A DNA stretch of 64,000 nucleotides, from NCBI GenBank assembly GCA_963693365.1, contig CAVNZM010000006.1, forward strand, positions 3,868,267-3,932,266. The letters run 5' to 3'. The DNA comes from Amoebidium appalachense. Lineage: Eukaryota > Protista > Ichthyosporea. A model generated the notes under the pieces. That model saw only the letters and a list, made by a program, of their open reading frames with translations. It did no database searches and was not told the DNA's origin. This document shows, one piece after another, positions 1-55,298 of this stretch (positions are counted from its first letter, which is position 1; each line of letters starts with the position of its first letter). The position numbers and the translations under genes were made by a program.

Positions 1-527
1 TGTTTGTGTGTGTGTGCGTGCTTGCTTGCCTGCACGTGTGCATGTGTATGAACCCATGTGCAATGTGTCCATGCGCAATAGTTGAGTGAGCGGGGTGGTG
101 TGGATAATATATACATGCATTCGTGCGTGATGTGTGTGTGTCGGTGAGTTGTGTGTTTTGTATGGTGTTGGTGTAGATGGTATCTACTCGGCCATTTGAC
201 TTTGTTGATTGTTATGTTTATTTTTTTGTTATTGTTGTGTGTGTGTGTGTTGTGGGGGGGAGGGGGGGGACTGTGAATGTTATCGTGTAATTTTTCTGGT
301 AGATGTTCGAGTCGTTGTGTAATCCAATGAGCATGTGTGATGTTTTACCAGGGGCGAGGAAGGTGGAGTGCGGGAGGGGGGGGGGGGGGGGGGGGAGGAG
401 TTTGCTACTTAACAGGACAAGTGATGTAAGATGATGGTTTGGTTATGTTTTCATATTTTGTGGTTTCGAAGTCTTAAAGTAGCAACTAAATAGATTCTGC
501 CGACTGTTTGCTAATGTTTTCTCTCAG

Positions 528-9782
<9,255 letters not shown>

Positions 9783-9945
9783 GGAAACCTCCAGCTATTT
9801 ATAGTTGCTCTCGCCTAAATGTAGAATCATACAGGATAGCGACTGCCACACTTCACTTTATGCACATTGACTGTGCCCTTCTTTTGCGAGAATCGAATGC
9901 AATTAGCTCTTTCTTTCTTTCTTTCTTTCTATTTCTTCTTTTTTT

Positions 9946-9993
<48 letters not shown>

Positions 9994-11044
9994 CTTGTTT
10001 CGTTTTGTGAGAGAGGAATTCGGCGTGGCTACTTTAGGGATGTCTTTCTTGTCCATGTAAACGACACATCAGTAGAGTGATAAGAACGCACAAATGCACA
10101 AGTTTGCACAAATCACAATGGAATGGTAGGGCATGCACCCAATCACTCTATAATTCTCTTGAGATAGTGTTTGTAAGCAATGATTTTATTTATGCTTGGG
10201 AGGTTTCATGCGCGGAAAACCGACAGATAACTGTTGCACGCAAACATGGTCAAGGTGTTTCGGAAGCTTGGAGAGAATCTGATGTGCATACCGAGTACTA
10301 GCAGTCTTCATATGTGGTCCTGCCTGCTTACACAGAATTTGAAATCAAAGAAAAGCTCATTACCATTGCTGGATATATCCATGTTTTTGATAGGTTTATG
10401 CAATGCTTTAATGATAGGTATACGAGATCCTTCGTTTGTTCTGCTAGCACGCATATCATTCTTTCCTTTAATGCCTGTTGTTGCTGTTTTGATACCGCAT
10501 GGTCCAACACAAAGCAAGTAAATACACAGAGCGGGCTTTTACTGGCCGTGTGGTGAGCAGTTACGTAATAGCTGGATGGCTACGCGAGCACAATTGGTTG
10601 TGCTCTCGAGCACAACCGTTTTGTGCTTCCCCGCGGAGTATATAAACCCCGCCACAAATCCATAATAAACCGGGAGTTATATTGATGACTGACTGTTACA
10701 CAAACTCTCCAGCACCGTGTGAACACTTGTGTGATACTTTGGTGATAGTGCATGCAGCCCGACACTTAGTAGGTAGTATATTGCACCCATATAGAGACTG
10801 ATCACTGGGCCTCCGTGTGTGTGTGTGCAACGACTATACACTCTACTTGTGTTAAGTGCAGACTCTGCTACGTGTGGGAAGGTAGTTTTCTCTCATATGA
10901 TACACACGCAAGTACTCCAGCTACCGTGACACAAGGACATAGTGTCACATTACCCCTGTACCACCCCTACCGTTCAAGATACGGTACTCTTCGTAGTATT
11001 ATGCCACGATAATCATCTATAAACACCAAAAGACATAACCCCCC

Positions 11045-11075
<31 letters not shown>

Positions 11076-12457
11076 ACACACACACACCCACCCACCCACC
11101 CACCCACCCACCCACCCACCCACCCACCCACCCACCAACCCCTGCAGGCATTTTTGTTAGTGAATTCGATCGAATCACGTGCACCAACCCTTACACACAC
11201 CCCACCTACCCACACTACCCGGTTCCTTTCATACATATCAACGATATTTCGCAGAATTTCCCTCCACATCTTTCCGTCCACTGTTAAACATCAAACTTCC
11301 CTCGAGCTCACGACCGATCTTCGTTGCTAGCTGTCACGCTTTTCTATTGGCAAATGCTGTTAAGGGCCTGAAATAGCTAGGCACACTCAGTCTGTCTTAA
11401 CAGGTGCAATCACGATCGCTTGGATGTATCTGAGACTTATGGGAGTCTAGAGAGTGGACTCTAGAAGAAAAAAACTAAGCAGAAGGGTAGGCAAGAGTTG
11501 TGATAGTTTGGCTGAGTGAAGGCCCTGAAGCCTTGCATTCATCGTAACTCACGTGCAAACGTTTATATCACTGGTGCAAGTTTCCTACAGTGTGGTAGCA
11601 GAACCTGCAAACAAAAAGAATAATAATATTATGCAGAAAGTAGAGTTATTCTTCTATTAGCAGAATTTTGGAGCTGCAAAAGCAGAATAATTATTTTATT
11701 CAACAAAAGCAAAGCGACAGGAGGGAATCAATCTGCCACCCTTATGCACAGGTGGGCCGAAATACATCAGATATATAATTGTGACCGTGATAAACAGGCC
11801 CCACCTGCAATACTATTTATATTGCTCTTTTTATGAATACCTGCATGTCCGTTTTAGTGTTGTCAACATCCATGATAGATACTCTCGGGCTTTGTGATAG
11901 ACCGAAGCCTCTTTACACTGCTGAATTATTTATTATTTATTATTTATTTTTAACCAACAAGTGGTCTGTCCCAAATACATATATTGGTCTGCATGAATAG
12001 GCGTAAATGCGTCTTTTTCAGTGGGTGTCGATGTCCATGGATATTCTTGTAAATTCCATAGAACGAGACCTTGCATCTTCTATCGCTATTATCGCGCGTA
12101 ATTTAGCATATCCAACGAGATATACGAAAACTAGATCCTCACACTGTCCAGCATATGAGAGGAGAAAAGCCTGTAGAAGCACGTATGCTCTTCTTTCCGT
12201 GTGAATTTTAGCCTGAAAAGTTCGAAACAGTATTGAAGCTATAAGTCTCTATGCTAGATCAAGGTTATCGGTGTAGCAGTGCAATAACCAAACCAGAACA
12301 AGGAGAATTGGATAAGAAGCAACACACGTGTTTTAAGGTACATGTGTTCATAAAAACTGTCTGAAAATGTCTGAAGCATACGAAAGACCCGACGTTTCGA
12401 TCTCTAAAAATCACTTGCAAAGGCTATGCCACGGTTCCTTAAAGGAGCAATAACCCA

Positions 12458-13165
12458 TCAACCCTTGAAGATACGCTGCTCCGTGCCACTCCGGGCCACC
12501 TGCCCGTCACCCCACTCGGCACATGCCTCCGCCTTCACCTCCCCACCCACCCAGCCGGCAGGCCTGGCCAGACAAAATGAATAAAACCCCCCCAAAACCT
12601 TCCTTGCTTCAACTTCCTCACTCTTTCCGTCTGAAAAATTCACCTTGACGGTCACGTGCATTGGGGGGGAGAAGCCGGGAGAGCCCACAACTTGAACAGA
12701 CCCAGTCAGGCGCCCGGCACGCGCGTTGTGGTGGAGATTCAAAATGCGCACCCCTGGCTCTGTAGGGGATGCAGGGGGGGTCCGTGGATCGAACCCCCAC
12801 TCCTCGGGTGTTTTGACACTCGGGACGACAGTAAAACGCCCGACGATGGAATATGGGTTTTCGTTGCCCGTTGGGGGTAGAAGGGGCGCAGGCTTGACCT
12901 TCAGGATACCCTTCGTGCCCGATAGGGAAAAATTGGCACAAAAGCCGGCCAGCTTGGGTCCACCAAGGGGCGTGGTTGCGGGAGAGATGAAGTCACAATC
13001 GTATTCTTTAACCTCGATTTTGTCAGAGAACGAAACGCGGCGCGGCGTGCAGTGAGGGAAAGGTGGGCGTTTTGAGGTGGGGAAGATAGGGCCCGAAACT
13101 CGCGTGAGTGGAGTGGCGAGTCCGGCAATGGCACGAGAACTGTCCAAGAAAGTAGCCCGGCACAT
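12458..13165 (-). CDS. Intronless 235-aa protein phosphatase 1 regulatory/targeting subunit-like protein with degenerate CBM21-like C-terminal domain
   Basis: Repeat-free ORF from ATG 13165. It has RRVSFSD (RVxF) followed by IEVKEY, and KGILK (SILK). The C-terminal pattern VRILNL..LTGSVQV..VTVKVNFSD..EEVEA..YSFCL resembles CBM21 of PPP1R3/Gac1 proteins. The family call is inference. Confidence 0.65.
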   Translation of the reverse strand: MCRATFLDSSRAIAGLATPLTRVSGPIFPTSKRPPFPHCTPRRVSFSDKIEVKEYDCDFISPATTPLGGPKLAGFCANFSLSGTKGILKVKPAPLLPPTGNENPYSIVGRFTVVPSVKTPEEWGFDPRTPPASPTEPGVRILNLHHNARAGRLTGSVQVVGSPGFSPPMHVTVKVNFSDGKSEEVEARKVLGGFYSFCLARPAGWVGGEVKAEACAEWGDGQVARSGTEQRIFKG

Positions 13166-14378
13166 GATTACATTCTCATGTTTTTGTCTCCTTTTCCTGT
13201 TCCTCCGCAAATAATAAGCTACGACACGTGGTTGAGCAAAATACAGTTAGTTTTGTCCCTGTATATGCTCCTGCTTTTCTTTTTTTGCGATCGCTTTTCG
13301 ATTTTCTTTGAGAGTCTCTGATTGTTGACTTTTCGAAGAAAAGAGAACTTCACAACATGCGTGCAATCAGTCAACAACCCAACAACTGGCTCAGTGGCTC
13401 ACATGACGCGGCGTTTTCTACTTTTGCAGGTCTATTGGCACCCCAAAAGCATGAATTTCATCATTGGGTGTACGAAATAGGGCCTCCTGGTAGGGCTGTC
13501 ATGATAAGAATCGGGCACGGCAACTGCGCGACTTGCATAGCTAAATGTAATAAAACGTACACCATTCTTATATAAAACACGTCTATCACTACTGCACGCT
13601 ATACATAGTCATAAAAATGCATCATCCTTTCCTTTTCTAACAAAATCAATGGCTTCGCTAAGTGACACTTCCTGATATCTCAAAAGGCATAACATATATT
13701 TCTATACATTTGGGGCTTATATAATTAGCCATATATGGAAACAATATTGATTTTTGGTTGGTGGTTCTGATACATCCGATGACGAATTGGCGTCACCCGC
13801 AGCCAATCGGGTCGCTCCGAAATTTCGTTTTCCTTCTGCTAAACTTTTGGTCCATTCACTTCAAGTAAGCTTGCGTGAGACTGAGCAACCCCTTGGGCTG
13901 ACAACTGGTGAGGGCTGTGTGGCTGTATGTACGTTTGTGCGTGTGACACGCTTATAGGGGATGCGTAGAGTGTGAGAGAGGTACAAACATGTGGGATAAT
14001 AATGCGTGCCATTCAAAAGGGCGTGTCTACGCAGGTAGTTGCGTTTATAACAAAGGGACAAGATGGGAACTTGAGAAGTGATCCTGCAAATGGGTTGGCC
14101 GTGGGAGTGGCCATGGGCGTACGGTGAGATGGGATGGCATTTCCGAGAAGCTCTTTTTGTTCAGAGGTCGCGTTACAGCACTCTTCTTACTTCGGCTTGC
14201 ACGTATAAAACGAATTATCTGTGGCATAACCCTGCATTCGTGAATCAAGTGCCGATGTGTGCACATGTGGCAATAAATTGGACGCAATCCCTACTCTGTC
14301 AGCGTGACATTGTGTGAGAGCTGTTTGTGCTACTTGCTTCCCTGGACCGGCAGCTAGACTCTAATAGCCCACCTGCAG

Positions 14379-14413
<35 letters not shown>

Positions 14414-14564
14414 TTCCTCCCCCCCCCCCCCTTTCCCCACGAAAAAAAAAAAAAAACACACCCACCTACCCACCCACCCCCCTCCCCCTCCCCCCTCCTC
14501 CCCCCCCCACACACAGAGAGCCAGAGAGAGAAGAGAGAGAGAGGGGGAGGGGGGGGGGGGGGGG

Positions 14565-14613
<49 letters not shown>

Positions 14614-14927
14614 GAGAGAGGGACTGGGAAGGGAGAGAAGGGGAGGGGGAGTGAGAGGGAGGGGGAGAGAGGGGGAGAGGGGGAGAGGGAGAGAGTGAGA
14701 AAGTAAGAGGGTTTGAGGGGAGTCAGAGGGAGAGAGATAAAGGGAGAGAGGGGGGGGAGGGGGGGGGGGGGGGGGGGACGGGGAGAAGGGCACACGGTTG
14801 CACCCTGCACGTGCCGTGTGTATACACTCACATGATGAGCACGGAACACACCGAATTTTTCTTTTTAAATCATCTCCGTGCATGAAGCATTCATTTTCGA
14901 TTGTTCATGCTTTCAGTATCTAAAATA

Positions 14928-14958
<31 letters not shown>

Positions 14959-16201
14959 CCTCCCCTCCCCTCCCCCCCCCTTCCCCCCCCCCCCCTCCCC
15001 CCTCCTCCCTCCCTTCCCCCTTTCCACGCCACCACCACACACAAAATATTGGCATGATCATATGCAGATCATCCACATTCCCAGTTAAAGTTTCTCGCCT
15101 CGGTAATAAATACCAAACCCAAACGGCATGCAGCGCAACCTCATCTTTTTATGATGCCATCTGATGAGTATATGTGTGTGACACGTCTGTATGTGTGTGT
15201 GCATGTGTGGGGTCTTCTCCATTACAAAGTTAACTGATATGCCACCCGCACACAAAATGTCAGGGTACACAGACGTGCATGCACATACTCAAGCACAAAT
15301 GCACGCGCACCCACACCCACACCCACACACACACACCATACACACACACACACACACACACGACCTTCTTTCCAATATTAAATCCTCCATTCACTCTTCT
15401 CCCACCTAAGACAAACACAAGCCCGATTCCTTCGCACCACATTCAATGTAAGCAACATACCAAAGAGCGGACCAAAAGCGCCAGAAAGGTAAACACTATA
15501 CACATGCTGATGATCGGATAGGGTTTGCCTGTGCTGAGAAGACTGTTTTTTTATTGTGTTTTCTGCAACAAAATATCTCATCCGTAACACCAAGTAATCA
15601 AGTGAAAAGTGATAGTTTTCTCCCTATATAGCCTTTAAATTTCCTAGCAGTTTACCTTCAGAACAATAAAAGGGTTTGAGACAATGATAAAGAGAGTCAA
15701 GGAGAAAACGGCGTGATGTTGGTTTGAATTTTCATCTGGAACTGAAAAATGTCCAGTGTAAAAGGCTAATATAGGTTGTTATCATCAGAAGGTATATAGA
15801 CGTGTTTTCTAATAAACTAATACTACATACAGAAGATGGTCAGCAAAACAGTGTCTGTAAAGTAACAAGACATTCGAAACTCGGTAGTCATTTAAGGTGT
15901 ATTAACCACACAAAGGCAATTCAACCCCCCCCCCACCCCCCCCCTTCATCCATCCAACTTCTCCTGTCCCCCCCCCCTCCTCCCCCCCCCCCCCCCCCCC
16001 CCCCCGCCCACCCGCACAAAACACACGCACCCAAGACTACTGTGATTAACAAACTGATCATGAACTTCTGGTGTGCCGATGCATCCCGTACACGACACTA
16101 TTAGAATTCACGAAAAAGGAATCAAACTAACAATTCATGCCGAAAAACCCAACCCCATCACCAACACAAAACAGTGTGTTATAATACTAGTATAGATAGA
16201 C

Positions 16202-27102
<10,901 letters not shown>

Positions 27103-28618
27103 CTTGGGTCCAAAAAGCTTCCGTCCAATGTATGTGCGTGGTATGTGTATACCTACTGTAACCTCAAATTCTAATCTTTTTGCTTTTCAGTAACGGAGCA
27201 AACAAAGAGTTGAAAATAGTGTAGCATCAAAGCCATGTGCTCTTTCGACTTAGTTCTTCGTTTGAGATCTGGGTGTAGTAGCAAGCTCACATGAGTGGAT
27301 CCAACAGTCCCGTGAAGTTATAACAACATTCGGTCGTTTTTAATTCTTGTGAGCTGTGTTTCCCTTTTTTATATTCTTTTCCAGGTCAGAGTGTAAGTGG
27401 ACGTGTATAATTTAGAGTTTTTTCCAACCTTGAGAAATGTGACGAGGTTTCGTTTGGGGAAGTTTCAGTCTACACCTCAGCAGTCGCCACTCACGCCGGA
27501 GAGGGGTAAATCCAACTCCAAATAGCTATTTTTAGATTACTGTATCACCGTTCAACGCTGTGTGGGGCGTATATTAAAAAGAGAGTAGGTGACTTGGACA
27601 GGGGTTAAATCCCAACAAGTATAACTATAATACATACTTATCCTTTTTTTTTATAAAGTGAATTCTGCTAGATAGAGGGAATACAGATATTCCGCTCCCT
27701 TATTATTTACACACTAAGTATCTACTAGTCGCGTACGTCACAGCAGTGCCTAAAACTTTACACGTCTCTGTTCTGGTGCCATGATTGGCTGAAAGTGTAC
27801 CGCAAGCCACGAAGGCTTCAAAAATGCTGATGCGTAGTAACCCAATCAAAACGTCGAAAACCTTTCCCATTTCTTATTGGTAGATTGAGCTCGGCGTTAC
27901 GCGGTTTTCCAAGGCTGGTTTCGATTGAACGTTCATCAGTCTGACATCGACACGGTACGGCATAACTATAGTATATGATGAAACGAAGTACACAAACACG
28001 TGTAAAAACATAAATTTTTATCTTTGTACACATTCAAATAACATTCCACCCCACCGCTCTACTATCTACATAAAGAAGATGCTGAGATAATGATTGATAG
28101 TGTGTGACCTGTGACCTATGCCCAGCATGTGATACAACCATGGTATGCAATTTTGTAAAAATGTTTAGATTTGATTAGCTAATTATCATACATAAAGAGT
28201 GGACACGTGGGGCTCAATTTTTTGAACGCCTGGAACGCAAACGGCTGAGTCGTCAGACTCAAGCCTTCCGCATGTGCTTCAAATCGAGAGTTGGCGTCTT
28301 AGCGACTTTGCTATCAAAGGAATATCAAAGGAACACGTACAGTCACGTTCACGCGGTGTTTTTTTCGTGTAATTTCTATTGAACTAGTGTAGTAAATACG
28401 AAACACTTGGGAAGATTCTAATGAGGATTCTAATGCTCGTCTGCAACCAGGGCGTCCAGATCATCTAGTTGCCAATAGGTATACGTGCAAGCGAAGTCAA
28501 CTACGAGTTCGCCGTAGTTTTCAGCCCAAGTCGAGGGGGGAAAGGGAGAACAGAATTTTTACTATTGCTCTTTTTCACGCCTGTTTTCTTTTGCGCCGAA
28601 CCGGCAGAAAGCACAAAA
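27103..28618. promoter_or_regulatory. Divergent intergenic/promoter region between the ADAM10-like and LHFPL-like genes
   Basis: Head-to-head start codons ~1.5 kb apart. The region is microsatellite-free and has ATTGG (reverse CCAAT) at ~27784 and ~27876. Confidence 0.45.
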
Positions 28619-31394
<2,776 letters not shown>

Positions 31395-32514
31395 TATTGA
31401 GGCCAACACTTTCTACACTCAAACAGTAGACACCCACTGCTTGATGATACCTTATTTTTTGGACGAATTCTGGACAAATGAATACAGCTTGGGGGGGGGG
31501 GGGGGGGGGGGGGGGGGGAAATTTGTGTGTGTGTTCGCGGGGGGGGGGGGGGGGGGGGAATGATAGAGTAGATCTAATGTTATACTGGTTCGTTGGCAAT
31601 GATCTGAGTTATCACATAATTTAGCACAGTTAAGGTCTTTTCAAAATCCAAATTTCCGGTTCAGCTGAATTTTTGTTTTCGAACAATGTTGTACATTTCT
31701 TACACCAATAATGCTCTTTTGCATGCAAACACTCTTGTACCTGCAGCCACATATCCTATATACCATAAAACTTGTGCACATTCATACTAAGAGCTGGCCT
31801 CTACCAAAACATTTATCCAAATCTACGAGTCTTCTTTATGTAGGCAATATGTGGCAGTGCTCAACAAGGAGCAAGCGTCTACGTATCATATGACCAGAGC
31901 CTGCAAAACTTTATCATAATGGAGTTGCAGCCACAAACAACTTTGTCAAGCAAAAATCCCTCAAAACTATCTGCTTATTTAAACGGAAAAGTGGAAAAGA
32001 AATGGACCAGAGGTCGGAGAAAGAGGTGGTAGAAATGTGGACCGGCAAGCGGAGGGGGGTTTGTTCAACACGGACGGGCGTTTTGCAAGCGGGGAACTTC
32101 TGTGAGTCACGGATAGTCATCTTTTACTTTCTACTTTTTGTTTCTTTTATTTTCGGTCGGCCTTTCTACACTGCGCACACGGTATGGCAAAGCATGTACT
32201 GCACACATGCCCCGAACCCACAGGCACCCATGCGTGCACACGTGTGGCACTTCCACCACTGGGTGCGGCACATGTGTGTGTACGTGTGGGTGCGCACTTA
32301 GTGTGGTCTATGTGCCGCCAGTATGTGCATGTGTGTATGTCTGTCTGAAGCTCAAGGTGTGTGTTGTTGTGTGTCTGGGTTTGTATGCAGCCGTACTCTG
32401 AACATATTGGTAAGGAGGGAAGAGGTGGGATGAGGGGGATGGGAGGGGGGAAGGGGTGGGGGAAAGGGGGGGGGAGGGGTAGGGAGGAGGGTGTGGGAGG
32501 AAGGGGGGGGCCGG

Positions 32515-32548
<34 letters not shown>

Positions 32549-33482
32549 GAGGGGGGAAGCTCTGCAGCCAACTAACTTGCACATGTGTTGATGTATATGT
32601 TGATGTTTGCGCGTGTGCCCGCATGAAGAGTGTGAGTACACACCTGATTGACGACCGAATAGGGTGGAGGGAGTTTGAAGGGGGAGGAGGGAGAGAGCTC
32701 GAGGAGTTCAACGGGGGGGGGGGGGGGGAGGGGGGGGGGGAGGAGCCGGGAGGGGCAGGGGGAGGGGGGGGGGGGGGGGGGGAGGAACTTTTGTATGGAA
32801 GAGGAGGCAAGTGAGCACGAGGTGGAGAAGGGAGGAAGAGGATGATGGTTGCTGAAACTGGCATAACATTATGAACAGTTTGAACCCGAACAAAAGTAAG
32901 AGCTAGTAGGTCACAGGAGAATGCGGGCAAAACATATACGTGATTGATTGACCACCGCCGGCCATATCACGGTGCATTTCAAAGTAAGAGACATACGTCT
33001 TGTCCAGCACGGTCGTCGTCGTTTTTCTTAAGTGCGACAAAAAAATGATTAGGCTGCACCACTTCTCGAATCATAATCAGACATAAAACCGTGAAACCAA
33101 TGAATCATTCCATGGATGGCTTGGTCTAACGGGAACAGAAAAATCTGTGTGTGTCTCATGTGAGTTGCGACAATGTTCACTGGTAAACAGCACTAGCCCT
33201 AACACTGCGTGTTGGAGGTTCGGCCATAAGAACGTCCAAAAGTCGATCAATATTTAAATGGTGTCAAATAAGATGTTGGCCTCATCATGTGTACAGTAAG
33301 CAAGCTACTAATAGCCTCCCCAAAACCCTTCTTACATTTGATTTTTTTTCCCGTTTTGTCCCAGAAGGAGCTGAGCCTCCCAGGCCTAGGGTCCCTTTTA
33401 GAACCACCACCTTCACGAATTTAAAAGGCTATGCACCGACTCTATCGTACCCTAGGTTGCCTAAAACCCGTGCAAACTTCCT

Positions 33483-34046
33483 CTAGTAACAGGCAGCCCT
33501 ATGCCCTCTAATACGGCTAGCCAGCTGGATATCCTTGACCATGAGTGTAACCCTCTTAGCATGCAAGGTGCAAAGGTAAGCATCCTCATACAGCCGCACA
33601 AGATAGTCCTCAGCAGCAACCTGTAGGGCCTCCACAGCGCCAAGCTGCCAACGCAGTTCCCCGTTGCAAAACACGGATGATATCTCCTTGACAAGACGTT
33701 GGAAAGGGATCTTGGGAACGAGAAGTGACGTCTGTTTCTGGTAGTGGCGTATTTCGCGCAGGGCAACCGTGCCAGGCCTATAACGTTTCTTGACAACGGT
33801 TCGTTTGGTCTGGTGCTTGCTGCCGTGTGTTGCTGCTGGGATTGTTTTTCCGGTGTGTGCGCGTGCTTTTGTGCTTGTGCCTGGGTCGAAGCCGGCGAGT
33901 TGGGAACTGAAGATGTCGGGTGTTATAGGGGTTGCTTTGCGATCTTTGCGACGGAAGGCAGGGCTTGAAGGAGAAGCCATTACAAAGAATGAGGGAAGGA
34001 GACTCCGGCGTGCCGAGACAGGGTGGCTCTTTTTGTGCCGTGTCAT
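33483..34046 (-). CDS. CENPA: Centromeric histone H3 variant (CenH3/CENP-A-like), intronless, 187 aa (alternative start 33980)
   Basis: Histone fold [46 protein letters not shown], with a long divergent N-tail, extended loop 1 ([10 protein letters not shown]), LRWQ in place of LRFQ and EDAYLC in place of EDTNLC, all typical of CenH3. Confidence 0.9.
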   Translation of the reverse strand: MTRHKKSHPVSARRSLLPSFFVMASPSSPAFRRKDRKATPITPDIFSSQLAGFDPGTSTKARAHTGKTIPAATHGSKHQTKRTVVKKRYRPGTVALREIRHYQKQTSLLVPKIPFQRLVKEISSVFCNGELRWQLGAVEALQVAAEDYLVRLYEDAYLCTLHAKRVTLMVKDIQLASRIRGHRAACY

Positions 34047-34894
34047 TCTCACAGGCCTATAAGGGTACGCTACTCTGGTTTATACCAGACTTCGCCGTTT
34101 CGTCTGTGTTGAAATCTAATGGCCAGCTGACATCAAAGAAAGGGTTGCCCCATTTGGCCATGGGTGGTTGATGTTCGAATTCCCTAGATCTCTATGTATT
34201 CTAGAGCATCTGTTTTAGAGGGTCATTATATGCTTCTAGGTGGGAATATCAAGGCTAGCTGGCTTTATGGGTTTCTGGCGGCCCCTATTGTAATAAAACC
34301 CAACGACAGTTGAAGAAAGAGTTCGCAAACTGATCATGACAAACGCCGGAGGGCACTTCATCGTTTTAAATTTGTGATATTACGATTTTTCGCGCCAAAT
34401 GTAACCAATCAGCGCTGTGATTGTTAGGCTAATAATAGCTCCCGATAGACTGCTTCGCTTCGCTGAAAAGTTGCTCAAAGAGTCGCGGCCTATTGTAATA
34501 AGCTGAGCCTCAAACAGTCAGCCTCAGACGAAGTGTTTGTTTGAGAACCATTACATTACATTGCAGATAGGGGCTGTAGTGCCTTCCATTTATGTGCGTT
34601 TTCAATGTCTGCTGATCGCTTCCTGTAAGGCTGTTTCAGCTCTATTTTGTTTTGGATCTGGCGGATCCAGGCTCTAGGCTTCATGGTAGAAATTCAAAAC
34701 ACAAGGAACAAACGATGGAACGGTCCACAGATTTTCATTAACGTATGAGCAATCTGAAAAGCACATAAAAGCATTTAGCGAAAACACACAGGCAATCACA
34801 AGCACAGACTTCTGCACGAGTACCTCTGCAAGGGTGCAACTCTTCTCATTTCTATACGGCCTTGAATTCTGTTCGTGCACACAGTTACTAGGCC
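34047..34894. promoter_or_regulatory. Short divergent promoter region between CenH3 and PIG-K
   Basis: ~850 bp between head-to-head ATGs, containing TTTTCGCGCCAAA (E2F-like, ~34387) immediately followed by CCAAT (~34406). Confidence 0.55.
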
Positions 34895-43914
<9,020 letters not shown>

Positions 43915-44215
43915 TACACCCGAAGCGAAAGTTCCCCGTTTTTGCAACTGTTTGTGAGAAGTCGATTGACCCATCGAAGACATTTTTTTTTTCTAGCACG
44001 CGTTTGGAGGGTGTTTAGGGCGTCGGGGCGTGCTTTTCTTGTCTTTTGTATTCTTGCCGTAGCAGGTATGTAGAAGAAGTTACCTCGCGGTTTAGCCAGT
44101 TAGCTCCCCCCCCCCCCCCCCCCCCCCCCCCCCCTAGTCGGGGTTTTCAGCGGCTCTTGCTCAAAACCTCTGGTTCCAGCCTCCTTCCAGATCATTCGGA
44201 CACGCGCGCGCGCGT

Positions 44216-44308
<93 letters not shown>

Positions 44309-44339
44309 TATACACACACTCAGATATGATCACACAATA

Positions 44340-44775
44340 TCTTGGTACAGGTGTGTTTTTTTTTACCGTTTCTATAGGGGTTTTCAATCCCATGGTGCTG
44401 GTTACCTGCCAAAATATAACACCGACATATAGACGAGATATATTTATGCAAGGGAGATATACTTATTCTGGCCTGAAAATAACTGTGATAAGTGTAGCCA
44501 ATGAAATCGGTGGGCGGGCTAACCATATTAGGCTAAAACTGTTAAATAAGTGTCTTGGTACAGGTGTGTTTTTTTTTTACCGTTTCTATAGGGGGTTTTC
44601 AATCCCATGGTGCTGGTCACCTGCCAAAATATAACACCGAGATATAGACGAGATATATTTATGCAAGGGAGATATACTTATTCTGGCCTGAAAATAACTG
44701 TGATAAGTGTAGCGGCTGTGTAGCCAATGAAATCGGTGAGCGGGCTAACCATATTAGGCTAAAACTGTTAAATAA
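44340..44775. repeat. Near-perfect tandem duplication, 213-bp period, upstream of the TBC1D13-like gene
   Basis: Copies at 44340-44549 and 44553-44775. The second copy has a short extra GCGGCTGTGTA segment and a few substitutions. Confidence 0.93.
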
Positions 44776-45195
44776 TCGGCGCCTTTTCTACTTTTCTAAG
44801 TTTTCTTTGCTGGCTTGCAACCGGCGGAGTTCGGACAAGAACCAGCAAGCATAATTAGTTCAAATTTTAGATACTGTAGCGAGTTGTGGTTTGGTGGTAG
44901 TACCTAAGCTCGCCCGGCTGCTTCTTATTAACATAACTGTGGCCGTGCCCTGTCATTAGTGGAGCTCAGAGGCTTTTGCATGGTCCAAGTTGGCAGGCTG
45001 CACCTCGATGAAAACCGAAACGAAATTTCTGACTGGTTCATTGGATGGGGTGTAGAGACTACAAGTGTGTGTGTAGCTAGCAGTTCTGTCTTACTGCCTG
45101 TAGAGTGAAATTAAGCACTAGCGACACTTGACCGTGACTACTTCTGCTGGTTTTCTGGGTTGTTCCTGTGCCGGGGACGGCCCCATCGAGGAAGG

Positions 45196-55298
<10,103 letters not shown>

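Noticed and set aside
10220-10380. hAT-transposase-like words (TDN..ANMVK; EFEIKEKLITI)
   Set aside because: They lie in different frames and in the wrong order, are too short, and no TIRs were found.
11588-11920. Possible Tc1/mariner MITE (CAGTGT...ACACTG)
   Set aside because: Only 6 bp of inverted match and no TA duplication on the right.
13750-14320. Short ORFs in complex sequence upstream of the PP1-adaptor gene
   Set aside because: No recognisable homology or consistent splice structure.
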